Assembly: GCA_963664225.1 (NCBI GenBank)
Contig: OY760937.1
Span: 3,808,001-3,872,000 of the forward strand
From: Verrucomicrobiia bacterium
GTDB taxonomy: Bacteria > Verrucomicrobiota > Verrucomicrobiia > Limisphaerales > UBA1319
Length of the DNA stretch: 64,000 bases
Direction: 5' to 3'
Part shown: positions 10,087 through 20,000 of the stretch, piece by piece
How positions within the stretch are numbered: the first letter of the stretch is position 1
How the letters are laid out: every line of letters starts with the position of its first letter
Program-made: the position numbers and the translations under genes
Notes under the pieces: generated by a model
What the model saw: only the letters and a program-made list of their open reading frames with translations
Told to the model about the DNA's origin: nothing
The model's database searches: none

Positions 10087-10331
10087 TCATGATTTCGTAC
10101 TGGGGCAACGTAGCGGTTTGCTATTGTGGGCATCAACGGATGCTTCGCTGACGACGTCCTCGGCGGCATGGCTACCCTTGATCCACTGGTCAATGACGGA
10201 GGCAAGTAATTTCCACATTCGGCCAAACCAGGGGACGGGCATATTCTTCCGGGGGGGCCATATTTGGACCGTGTCCAGGGTGAAGCCCAGATGCACCGCA
10301 ATTCTGCAACCAATAATCCGCGTTTTTGCAT
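10087..10331 (-). pseudogene. Mad1-like excisionase/MerR-type helix-turn-helix gene with a 1-nt frameshift
   Basis: Joining the two frames at GCAGA^ATTGCG gives MQKRGLLVAE-IAVHLGFTLDTVQIWPPRKNMPVPWFGRMWKLLASVIDQWIKG, matching the HTH_17 pattern (IAxxLGxxxDTVxxWxxxKxMPxxxxGRxWKxxxSxIDxW). Confidence 0.65.
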
Positions 10332-10482
10332 AGGAATTGGCTCGAAATCCCGGTTAACAAAATGTCGGTCCGAATGAGTTTCGAACTAAAAATGGAATTT
10401 AGAGGGTCCTTTCAAAGAAGACCAGCAAAATCCTTATGAAACCGAGGGGGGACGAGTGAGGATGAACGAAGTGAATCCTATT

Positions 10483-11947
10483 CACAGCCATCCCATAACG
10501 ACGTAAAAACCAGGCAAAAGCATTGGGTTTCCTCGAAAAGTGAGGCTTGATTCAAAAGGTGGCGTTGGGAGTTTTCAGGGTGTCTTACATAATCAAGTCG
10601 GCGTTTTTGCCAAAAGGCCCGTTTGCTGTCCCATGGTTTTAGCTGAATCCCGGCAGATAGGCCTGTTCCGGTGTGGCCAGATAGCGAAAGTGACCCCCGG
10701 CTGTCCCATAGTGGCGGAGCAAGCCCAACAAGTCCCATTTGCGCCATAGTGACGAGCGAAGGATGGTGAATAACCGACTGAAGCTATGACTCCAGTCCGA
10801 TAGAAACGCCGCATACCTCAATAGTAAATACACCAGAAGCGCAGTCCACACCTGCCAGCGCACCGCGTTGGCGCTGGTGCCCAGAAAGTCGGCCAGTTGC
10901 AGGGTCTGTTTGATCTGCTTGAAGAAAACCTCGATTTTCCAGCGGCTCTTGTAAAGATCAGCAATGCTCTGCGCGCTCCACTCCAGATTGTTGGTCAAAA
11001 ACTCCATCTCCACGTCCTTGCCATCGACCTGGACCAGCGCTCGAACCCGGCGCATGAGACACGGATAGGCCTTCTGCGAGGAGCGCGTGGTGGTCTCCAC
11101 CAATTCGTCGGCCAGAATCTTGCCGCTGGCCCCGTTTTGATAAAGTTTAACCACCTTGAATTTGTGGCTGGTCTTGGTGCGGGTGACCCAAAAGACCTCC
11201 CGCATGGCCAGTTCGGCCAGGTGGCTGAAATCGACGTAAGCCTTGTCAAATATGACGATTTCGCCGGCCTTGATCCCCGCGCACACCTCCCAAGCTCGCC
11301 TGGCATCGGCATGCTTGGCGATGTCCACAATGGCAAAGCGGGGCAGAAAGCTTTGGAGGTCCAGACGCAGGTGGCATTTGGCCGCCAGCTTTGCGCCGAT
11401 GGAGCCTGGCCCAATCCATGCACGAGGCGATCAGGGGAATGGTCGTCGAATCCACCAGATGAATCTGGCGCTTGAACTTGCGGGCAAACCGCGTTCCCGA
11501 TTTGCCACTGACAAAGCGGGGGGGCAATTGCCCCAGATGTTCAAAGACCGCCCAGAAGAGTTTCTCGGCCATCTCTGCCGGGCGCCCCTTGTTGGAGTTG
11601 GAGAGGTTGTTGCGGGAAGGTGGAGTCGCCCCACGGATGCTGGAAAGAGGCCCCGAATGCAAACCCAGGGCATCACACACGTCGTTGAGTCCGATACAAT
11701 GAGTCAACTGAGCGTAGAGTAGCGTCACCACATGACTCCACGGACTGAAGGTTCTGGCCCTCTTATCAACGCAGGTTTCCCGCGCTATTCTGGAAACCAA
11801 AAACCCAGGAATGAAGTTGCAAATCTGCCTTAACAGATTCAATTTCAAACCGCCTGGAATGCTTTTGTTTTTGTTCACCCCTGTCGTGTGACAGGTTAAT
11901 CCAGAACGTTCCAGCCTTTTTCATTCATTTCCTATGGGATGGCTGTG
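10483..11947 (-). mobile_element. IS4-family insertion sequence
   Basis: Perfect 15-bp terminal inverted repeats CACAGCCATCCCATA (10483-10497) and TATGGGATGGCTGTG (11933-11947) enclose a DDE transposase. No target-site duplication is visible. Confidence 0.85.
10639..11878 (-). pseudogene. IS4 transposase (DUF4372-like N-terminus plus DDE_Tnp_1), frameshifted near 11385
   Basis: Split over two ORFs: LVDSTTI; FDKAYVDF; IS4 signature YKSRWKIEVFFKQIK. The frame changes at HRRKA/AAKCHLRLD. Confidence 0.85.
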
Positions 11948-12560
11948 GAACGATTTTGTTAACTTACTTTCCGCATTGTAATACATTCATTATCAGAAAA
12001 AATTCTGGGCGTCGTGTTTTTAGAAAATTGCGCGGAGAAAATGATGTTTCTGATTTCGAGTGTTCCATAATCGGTGGAGGGTTTTTGGTTTTGAAGTTCC
12101 ACCAGAGTTCTTGTTGCTAATATGTCGGGAAAATGGCCGATTTCCCATCGGCCCTTAGAACCGTCAAAATGTGCATTTAAATTTGAAAATGCGATGGTGC
12201 AAAATATTTGCATTTGAATGAGTGTGCTCCCAAATGAAATCCGAGTCAATTTCCCTGTGGTGTGTTTATGCAAATTGGCAGTGCTGTTAGGAGGCATCTC
12301 AATTCTCCTGTAATCCACAGCCGTTCCATTGCACTTGTTTTAGAGATGGATATCCACGTCAACTTTGATAATTCGATTGCGCGCGTTCAGGAGAAAGAAA
12401 TTGTGAGCACCTTTAAAACTGCGTAGAGCTCAATTCTTCCAAAAGTTATGGCTTCTTTCACGATAATGAAATTCCTAATGCTCAATTCGGTTCCAGCCGT
12501 GGTTATGGTTCGATTGTGGCGCATTTAGCAGAAACAACCTTGACGAGAGTACAGAGAGAA

Positions 12561-12866
12561 TTACGGAAACTCCGTGGTTCTTTCCATTGTCCCTGGCTCG
12601 TGATTCAGAGTTGGATTCCCCTCTTGCATATGGACCAATTTTAGGATCGTCACGTGGCTGGTTTTTAGGATTCTGCCGACGGCTCTAAAACTGAGGCCTT
12701 CTTTGTGCATGCCAAGCGCCAGGGTTTTCTCCTCGGGGGTCAGGCGGTCGCTCTTGTGCAGGACCGTCGGATGAAAACCGCAGGCTTTGCAGAAATACCG
12801 CTGGCGTCCGCCGACAACGCCATCCTTTCTGAGATGATGATTTCCACACTTAGGGCAGGAGTCCAT
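12561..12866 (-). CDS. IS1 InsA-like zinc ribbon plus HTH protein, with no insB
   Basis: CPKC...KDG...GRQRYFCKAC and EGLSFRAVGRILKTSHVTI. Confidence 0.65.
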   Translation of the reverse strand: MDSCPKCGNHHLRKDGVVGGRQRYFCKACGFHPTVLHKSDRLTPEEKTLALGMHKEGLSFRAVGRILKTSHVTILKLVHMQEGNPTLNHEPGTMERTTEFP

Positions 12867-13143
12867 CTCTTATATCATGTAACGCATTGGATAGATGTCA
12901 ATGGCATACCTATACCATATTACCACTACCCCTCACAACCTATAATAAATTACCACCCCCAAGAGTTTAGACATAATGTACCTCTACCGATGATGTTTTA
13001 TTTGTTGTGGGTGCCCGTTCCCGATCGATTTAATCGCATTCTCAATGGTTAATCATTAGATGGGTACCATTTAAAGGACATAAAACAACTCCTCCTTGTA
13101 AAAACCTAATCTGAAGCGGTTTATAAACTTACTCACACCTCTC

Positions 13144-13226
13144 TTTTGAACTGTTGTCCAAACAATTCCCTAGGTTTTGAACTGTTGTCCAAACAAACCG
13201 CTGGGGCATTGAACCGTTGTCCAAAC
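13144..13226. repeat. Three iteron-like direct repeats (putative replication origin)
   Basis: TTGAACYGTTGTCCAAAC starts at 13146, 13177 and 13209 (31/32-bp period). Lies just downstream of the Rep-like gene and next to an AT-rich tract. Confidence 0.75.
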
Positions 13227-13258
13227 GCGAAACTGCCTAATTACCAAATCCAAGGGGC

Positions 13259-14509
13259 TTATTTCCTAGTGTTTTGAATGGGCGCGGAAATGGATTCCAT
13301 GATGCGGTGGATGAGTCGGGCAGTTGGATTCTTGGTAGCAACAAGGCCCTCCAGGGAGGCGCCTTTGGCCTCTGCCAAGAGACCTGCGAAACGAGTATTC
13401 GTGAGGATGGCTTTTGCCATTTCAAAGAATCGCCGATGCTTGCCAATTTCCACTTGTGCGGTTTCAAGCATCTCAGTTTCGTAATCCGTCAGTGGATGAA
13501 TATTGGAGAGTGCCTGATTTAAATGCTCTTGGGAACGCCCGCTCTTGAGATAGGCGGCGACCAGTTTGGAAGAACCATTTAGCGGCTTTGAGGCGGAAGG
13601 GGACTTTTCAAGCCAGGATTGAAGTTTCCAATCCGATTTATCCTCCGTTTCGACCAAGGCAACCCTAAAATGCCCGGAAAGGGTTTCAAGGTGATCCAGT
13701 TGTTGAAGGACCGAATGGCCTTCCTTCTCGTGCATCGTGAACACCCGTTTCCGCACGGATTTGTGAAACGGGACAGGGAAGGAGACCTGTTCGAGGAGTT
13801 TGGTGGCGTTAATCTCAAAGGGGTTGCTCGCGGTATGGTGATAGGCGCGGCTGGGGATGTAAAGGTAGATGGCCTGAGCCAAGGTAGAGCGGATCGAAGT
13901 GAAAACGTTCAATTTCAGGTGCTGTAATTCGGTGATGCGATTGAGGAGGCCCGAGAATTCCGGCGACAGGGTGCAACCGTTAAACCACATTTCGGATTGG
14001 TTGGAAGTGGCGAGGTGGGAATTGTTTTTGCGAATGGGTCGGTCCTCAATATCCACCCGTTCAATCAATCGGTAGGAGTGTGAAATTCCCGTGGTAACAT
14101 TCGTGATGCGGATATAAGCGTCCGTGAGGTCTCCAAGAATATCCTTGATGGCGCGTGCGTAGCGCCCGCCATTGCTATTGGCATAACGGCGGCAAAATTC
14201 ATTGAAGGAAAAGCGAATGAGGCGTGTGCCATCGTCATCGAAGGGATCGCGGAAACTCAAGAGGGAAAAGATCGCGCGGGCGTGGCGGACGTCGAGAGCT
14301 GGCGGAGACAGGTTGCGTTTGATGGGATGAAAACCTCCAATAGTATAGCTCCGGTTGCCGATGGTAACCTCGCGCGGCCCATTCTGTTTGGTGGCGGCAA
14401 ATACTGGGCCGAGGAAATAATCCTTTGGAGCGGCGACCAAATATGCGCGGCTACGCTGGGGTAAGAGCTCTTGCAGCTCGTAGGTTGGACTGCCCCCATT
14501 TTCCTCCAT
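13259..14509 (-). CDS. Putative plasmid-type replication initiator (RepA-like, winged helix)
   Basis: 416 aa. IRFSFNEFCRRYANSNGGRYARAIKDILGDL and LAQAIYLYI resemble Rep winged-helix segments; iterons are adjacent. Confidence 0.6.
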   Translation of the reverse strand: MEENGGSPTYELQELLPQRSRAYLVAAPKDYFLGPVFAATKQNGPREVTIGNRSYTIGGFHPIKRNLSPPALDVRHARAIFSLLSFRDPFDDDGTRLIRFSFNEFCRRYANSNGGRYARAIKDILGDLTDAYIRITNVTTGISHSYRLIERVDIEDRPIRKNNSHLATSNQSEMWFNGCTLSPEFSGLLNRITELQHLKLNVFTSIRSTLAQAIYLYIPSRAYHHTASNPFEINATKLLEQVSFPVPFHKSVRKRVFTMHEKEGHSVLQQLDHLETLSGHFRVALVETEDKSDWKLQSWLEKSPSASKPLNGSSKLVAAYLKSGRSQEHLNQALSNIHPLTDYETEMLETAQVEIGKHRRFFEMAKAILTNTRFAGLLAEAKGASLEGLVATKNPTARLIHRIMESISAPIQNTRK

Positions 14510-14699
14510 TTTGTGCTAACAGTTCTAATACGATGAGGGTCACAATCGCAACACTGTTTTTGGAGGCCAAAGATTCTGATTGAATCAGCCTAAAACCTGC
14601 CATGGGGGACCAATCGATGTAGGGAAGATTCTTGCAGCAAGCAGTAGAGTGTGTCAAGGCTTGCAGCGCTTTCGAGCCGCATGAAGCAGGAAGACATGC

Positions 14700-15338
14700 T
14701 CAAATCCCAGGCAATGTCGTGGGTTCTCTGACAAAACTTTGAGCTTCATTTACGGTGTCCTGCAAAGACCCGCCCGATTTTAGATTGAGCATTTTTACAA
14801 TGTCTTGCAGATCGGCGTATTTAATAAAGGAATATTGTTGTGTATTAATTTGAACCATTCCTGGGCTGCCTTGGTATGTTATGCCCCACTTTTCGGGCAA
14901 TCCGCCGCTGCTTGAATTCGCCTCCCTCGATATCGGAACAATGCGGAGATAGTTGAAACCCATCGCGCGCGCCATTTTACGATTTAAGATGTGGTCCAAC
15001 ACATATTCCTTTAACGACTCATTGGGGAATGCGTTGGCGTATGCCTTTCTGTAGCCGCGGTAATTCACATGAACCCAAACCTGCTGGGGGTGGTGCAATA
15101 TCACCGACTCTTTCATAGCCCAGATCGGGAGACGTCGATTTAGAGGGGGCGAATCATAGGGATGAACCAGAAGAGCCTTATTGGGCGATGCTGGCGTCAA
15201 GACACGAAAAATGTTACCAACATATTTTTCAATTGCCGCTTCGTTCTGCGCGGCAATGGGAATGTGGCAACAGAGGGGCAGGCCATAAACTCTCAGTGCC
15301 CGATTCCTTGCTTCCTCGTCAATTTCTCCGTGTGCCAT
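14700..15338 (-). CDS. Hypothetical protein with a possible HNH (beta-beta-alpha-metal) motif
   Basis: 212 aa. YVLDHILNRK...NYLRIVPISREANSSSG. Confidence 0.5.
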   Translation of the reverse strand: MAHGEIDEEARNRALRVYGLPLCCHIPIAAQNEAAIEKYVGNIFRVLTPASPNKALLVHPYDSPPLNRRLPIWAMKESVILHHPQQVWVHVNYRGYRKAYANAFPNESLKEYVLDHILNRKMARAMGFNYLRIVPISREANSSSGGLPEKWGITYQGSPGMVQINTQQYSFIKYADLQDIVKMLNLKSGGSLQDTVNEAQSFVREPTTLPGI

Positions 15339-15481
15339 ATGTATTCAGGATTGGATGAATGCGGTTGAGCTCCTCATTGGGCACTTTTTAAACATCTTTT
15401 CGTTTAGGCTTGGTGTCGAGAACGGGCTTTTCAAGCTTTCAGTTGGTCGTCCATGAAACAATGTCGAGGGTTTATGAATCA

Positions 15482-16828
15482 TTACCTTGGGCCGAACAAC
15501 TGCGTTTTCTCACAAGGCAGGTTGTGTGTCCGTAGGAACGCAATTACATCAGGAAGAGTCTCAGTGTCTTTGGCCACCCGACTTTCCTCTGGATAAAGAG
15601 CATAATCTTCCGGATGCCAATCGTCGTGGATGCGTACGCAGTGCGTCTCGATGACATCCCGCAAGAAAATATCATTTGAGTAGATTTGTTCTCCTATGTT
15701 TATTGGAATTTCACGGCCGAAACACAAGAATCGTTTATTGATCTGGAGCATACGAGCCCATGCCCGGAGTTGAATACTGGTCCTCGTATCATTGGACCAT
15801 GGGTAAGGCTGTAAATCGGAGATGTATTTGTAAATTATCCGGTCGTTGCTTAATTTTGCCAACGGAATTGCCAGGACCATAAAGACTCGGCATTCACCCT
15901 TGCGTTCCCAGTCTTTCCCAATACCCCAGCGCAAAAAGTGGGCTTCCGGTGAAGCAGGCACCTCAGCAAAGATGAGCGCATCTGCATGTTTGCTGACGAG
16001 GGCGAGCAATTCCTGAGGTCGCTTGTCATAGCAGAATTCCTCATGAATTCGGCCGTCCTCGCCATCAAACCACTCACGGCGAATCAGGAATAATTTTGCG
16101 ATCCAATCAATTTTGGAATCATCAAGCCAGCTAATCAGTGCGGCATCTGTTTGAACATCGGTGAGCTGGATGGAGAATGGTGCTTTCTGAGTTTGGAGGA
16201 ACCGAGCAAGATGAGCGGGCTCCAGACCATGCCCTTCAAAAACCTTCCGCACCCGATTTGCGATAGCGCGAAGTTTGGGATCGTCAATCGTTGGCGTCGA
16301 ATATGTGGCAGTTTGTAGTCGTGTTTGGAGCCAAGCCACCAGGTGAGACCCAGTGAGCTTCTGCGTGACGCCATTTAAACGCACGAAGAATTCTCCACTA
16401 TGGGTGCAATATGCAACCGTGGTCGCCCCTTTTTTAATCAGGAGTTCCACGATGCAGAGTTCCGCTGCGTCGGAACCGCCAGCGACAGGATGAAAATGCA
16501 ATTGATATTGCGATAGATCAATCGCGGGTTTGATTTTGTTGAGCTCTCTGGCGACTGCACACCGGATTTGATCGCGGGATTCAGAGTCCAATGAAACCCC
16601 GACGGTGCATCGGTCCTTATCGCGGATGCCCCAGAAAATGCTACCTCCTTGCGCGTTCAGGAAAGCAACAGCGTAATTCTCTGCCGTATCAGCGATCGTA
16701 CGTGCTGGATTTTGGCTGGTGACCTCCTTGAATTCGATGGAACCGTCCTCCTCCATTGCCACGGGCTGGTTTAGCACGAAAGGGGCTCGCGCGGGAGGCT
16801 GCTTGGAATTGTCCGGGGCGCTGTTCAC
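15482..16828 (-). CDS. Schlafen/AlbA_2 domain protein with an unknown C-terminal domain
   Basis: 448 aa. EEDGSIEFKE...AVAFLNAQGGSIFWGIRD...FFVR. Confidence 0.8.
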   Translation of the reverse strand: MNSAPDNSKQPPARAPFVLNQPVAMEEDGSIEFKEVTSQNPARTIADTAENYAVAFLNAQGGSIFWGIRDKDRCTVGVSLDSESRDQIRCAVARELNKIKPAIDLSQYQLHFHPVAGGSDAAELCIVELLIKKGATTVAYCTHSGEFFVRLNGVTQKLTGSHLVAWLQTRLQTATYSTPTIDDPKLRAIANRVRKVFEGHGLEPAHLARFLQTQKAPFSIQLTDVQTDAALISWLDDSKIDWIAKLFLIRREWFDGEDGRIHEEFCYDKRPQELLALVSKHADALIFAEVPASPEAHFLRWGIGKDWERKGECRVFMVLAIPLAKLSNDRIIYKYISDLQPYPWSNDTRTSIQLRAWARMLQINKRFLCFGREIPINIGEQIYSNDIFLRDVIETHCVRIHDDWHPEDYALYPEESRVAKDTETLPDVIAFLRTHNLPCEKTQLFGPR

Positions 16829-17060
16829 ATAAGTATATTAACAGGTTGGGGATTGCTTCGTCGAGCCGGTAAAGATGGTAGCTGGATGCTGAACTTTTGA
16901 TTCTCTTTAATGGTGTGGGGAACGCCATCACCGTTGAACTGAATTTCATAAAATGTAAAAATAAGCCAATGAGCGTATGACCCTAAAACCTGGCCTTCGG
17001 GTCCAATCGTTTGAAGAGAAGGGCAGGGGATTCAAAACGCCCCAGTGGGGAACGGAATGG

Positions 17061-20000
17061 CTAAGAGGCCACGGCGGAATAGATGGATTCATCCTTATCC
17101 GTATAATGCTCGTAAAAGTGTTCAAAGACAGCGGAACACTTCTGCTGATAAACGTCGGGTGAATAAACACGTGGCAGTCCGGTGTCCAAGGTGTCCTCAA
17201 TGGCCATCTTGAGTTGCGAGCGCGCGGAGGCCTTTTGTCGCCAATCGAGGACCAATATCTGGCGCAAGCGTGAGAGCAATTCGCGGGCGACCTTTTTGAC
17301 TTCGGCGCGTTCACTGGCGCTTAATTCCGGTGCTGGGCGCGTCAGAATGTCGAACACGACCAATTCCTCCTCGGACATGTTTTCGCGGACATGCCGTTCC
17401 TGCTCTTTGGAGAGTCCCCGGCTCAGGTTGAGCAATTCCCCGAATAATTCCTCAATCGTCCGGCTGCCGGTGTTGTAGGAATCGATCAATTCCTCGAACT
17501 TCGTCTGGAAATCAATCCGGGTCTTATTCAAACGAATCAGTTTTTCGAGCTGTGCGCGGATGGCGGCTTTGAGCACTTCAAGATCGGTGTTCTTGTGTTT
17601 GGATTCCTCGAAACGGTCACGCAGGGCCTCGAAATTGATCTTGGACAAATCCATCCCTGGCGTCGGCTTGGTGGGCATCTCCACCCCCGAGATCGAGGCA
17701 TCCAGCAATTTGTTGATGTCTCCCATCACCCCGGAGATGTCCGCCGGGTTGGGATTGAGCTTGGTGCGGATGGCCTGAGCGATGGCCGCCAGACATGCCG
17801 CTCGACCCACAAACTCAAGCGCGGCGGGGGAAGGTTTCACGGCGTTGAAAAGTGTCGTCACCAGCCTCTCGTGACCAAAAAAGGCATTGCGAACGGGATC
17901 AGGGGAAATAAGCGCGTTGACCGCATCATCCATGCGCTGTAAGCGCTGCAAGCTTCCGGCGGGGAGTTGCTCAATGGCTGGGAGCACCACGCCCTTGTTG
18001 GCGCAGAAGAGCCCCGCCTCATCCACCGCTTTGCGCAGTTCATCGGCGAGTTTTTGTTTATCTTTGACCGGAGACTTGCCATCCTTTCCCGCGCCGTAGA
18101 TGGCCAATGCCTTTTCCAGGGATGTGAACACGTTGGCGTAATCGACGATCACGCCGCTGTGTTTGCCGGGAAACACCCGGTTTGCCCGCGCAATGGTCTG
18201 CATCAGTGTGTGGTTCCGCATGGGCTTGTCGAGATACACAGTGGAGCAACTCGGGGCATCGAATCCCGTGAGCCACATGGCGCATAGGAAAACCAGACGC
18301 AAATCGTTTTTCGGGTCCTTGAAATCCTCGTCCAGCGAATTGTCATTCATTCGCTGGCGGTGGGGAACGATGTCCAGACCGAGTTTACGCATCTGTTCGA
18401 TTTCGTTCTGGCCCGGCGACACGATGAGCGCCATGTCCGTGGTCTCCAGTCGGCGCAATTGCTCGTTAAGGTCGCCCTGGGTTGCCGCATCGAGATTGTA
18501 ACGTCCCATCTCCCTGCGCACCCGCTCGGTTTCCAGAGCCCAGTATTTCCGCACCTTGTCGTACATCTTCAGGGCGGTGGCCTTGTCGATGGAGACCACC
18601 ATGGCCTTGCCATGAAATCCCCGCCCCAGGAAATGCCGCACAATATCCTTGGCCACTTTTTCGAGCCGGTCATCGCGCGTGAGGATGTGGTATTGGCGGC
18701 TCAATTCGAACTGGAGCCGTTCTTCCTGCTCGGGATCGAGCTCGGCGGACTCGATCAGGCGGTAGATGTCCTCGTTGAGATGGGGGTTGTCCAACTGCAA
18801 CTCCGGGGTGCGGTTCTCGTAAAAGAGCGGCACGGTTGCGCCGTCCTCCACTGATTGCTGAAAATCGTAGATGGAGACGTAATCGCCAAAGACTTCCTTG
18901 GTGAGGGCCTCCCCTGCAATCAGAGGGGTGCCAGTGAAGGCCAGAAACATCGCCTTCGGCAGGGCCGCGCGCATATTCAGCGCGAGGGTATCGTATTGGC
19001 TGCGGTGTGCCTCATCGGTCAGAACGATCACGTCGGACCGGTCGCAGAGCATTTCCGGGGTTTGAAACTTATGGATCAGGGTGAAGACGTAGCGATGGTT
19101 CCCTCGCAACAACTCCCGCAAGTGCGCCCCGCTGGTGGCGTGGCATTCATCGCCTTCGGTGGGACTCACCGCGCCGCAGGCCTTGAAGGTCTTGGCGATT
19201 TGGTCATCCAATTCCAACCGGTCGGTGACGACCACAAAGGTCCAGTTGCCCGTGATCTTCCGCAGAACCTTCTGCGCGAAGAACACCATCGAAAAACTCT
19301 TGCCGCTGCCTTGAGTCTGCCAGAAAACGCCGCCCCGGCCATTCCCGGCCTTCCGGGCGGCCAGCATGGATGCGATGGAATTATTGACCCCGATGAATTG
19401 GTGATTTTGTCCAATGATCTTGGTCAGCCCCTCTTTGTGTTCCGAGAACAGGGTGAAATTCTCCACCAGGTCCAGGAGCCGTGTCCTGTCACAAGTCCCG
19501 CGCAGCATCACCTCCAGCGACACCCGGCGCGGTTCATCCTCGCGCTCAATCCGTTTCCACTCGAAAAACCGCTCCCAATCCGCCGTCAACGATCCCACCT
19601 TGCTGTCCGTGCCGTTCGAGGCAATGAGCAGCGCGTTATACCAAAAGAGGGAAGGGACTTGCTGTTTGTAGTGGACCAGATTTCCATCGAAGGCCGCGCG
19701 GGCGGGAACGCCGGGTTTCTTTAATTCGATCACCACCAGCGGCAGGCCGTTGACGAATCCCACCAAATCCGGACGGCAGGTATAGAGCTCTCCGGTCACG
19801 CTGAATTGGTTGACCAGCAGAAAATCATTATTCGCGGGGTGCTCCCAATCAATCACGCGTACTCGCTCGGATTTCTGACTGCCCCGCACGCGATCCGCCA
19901 CGGAAACCCTGATGCCTTCCTTGAGGAAATGATACACCTCCCGATTCGCCGCTTCCAGGAGCATCGCGGAGCGATCACGAGTCAATTCATCCATGGCAGT

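Noticed and set aside
1..10331. Phosphorothioate (Dnd) system
   Set aside because: No dndA-E modification genes in the window; the DptFGH-like genes are paired with an m6A methyltransferase instead.
10..10333. Many plus-strand ORFs of 60-294 aa
   Set aside because: Antisense shadows of the long minus-strand genes; no motifs of their own.
11959..12318. 119-aa minus-strand ORF
   Set aside because: AT-rich region with no recognisable motif; probably decayed sequence.
13144..13226. Possible mini CRISPR array
   Set aside because: Only three 18-22-bp repeats with 9-14-bp gaps and no cas genes; fits iterons better.
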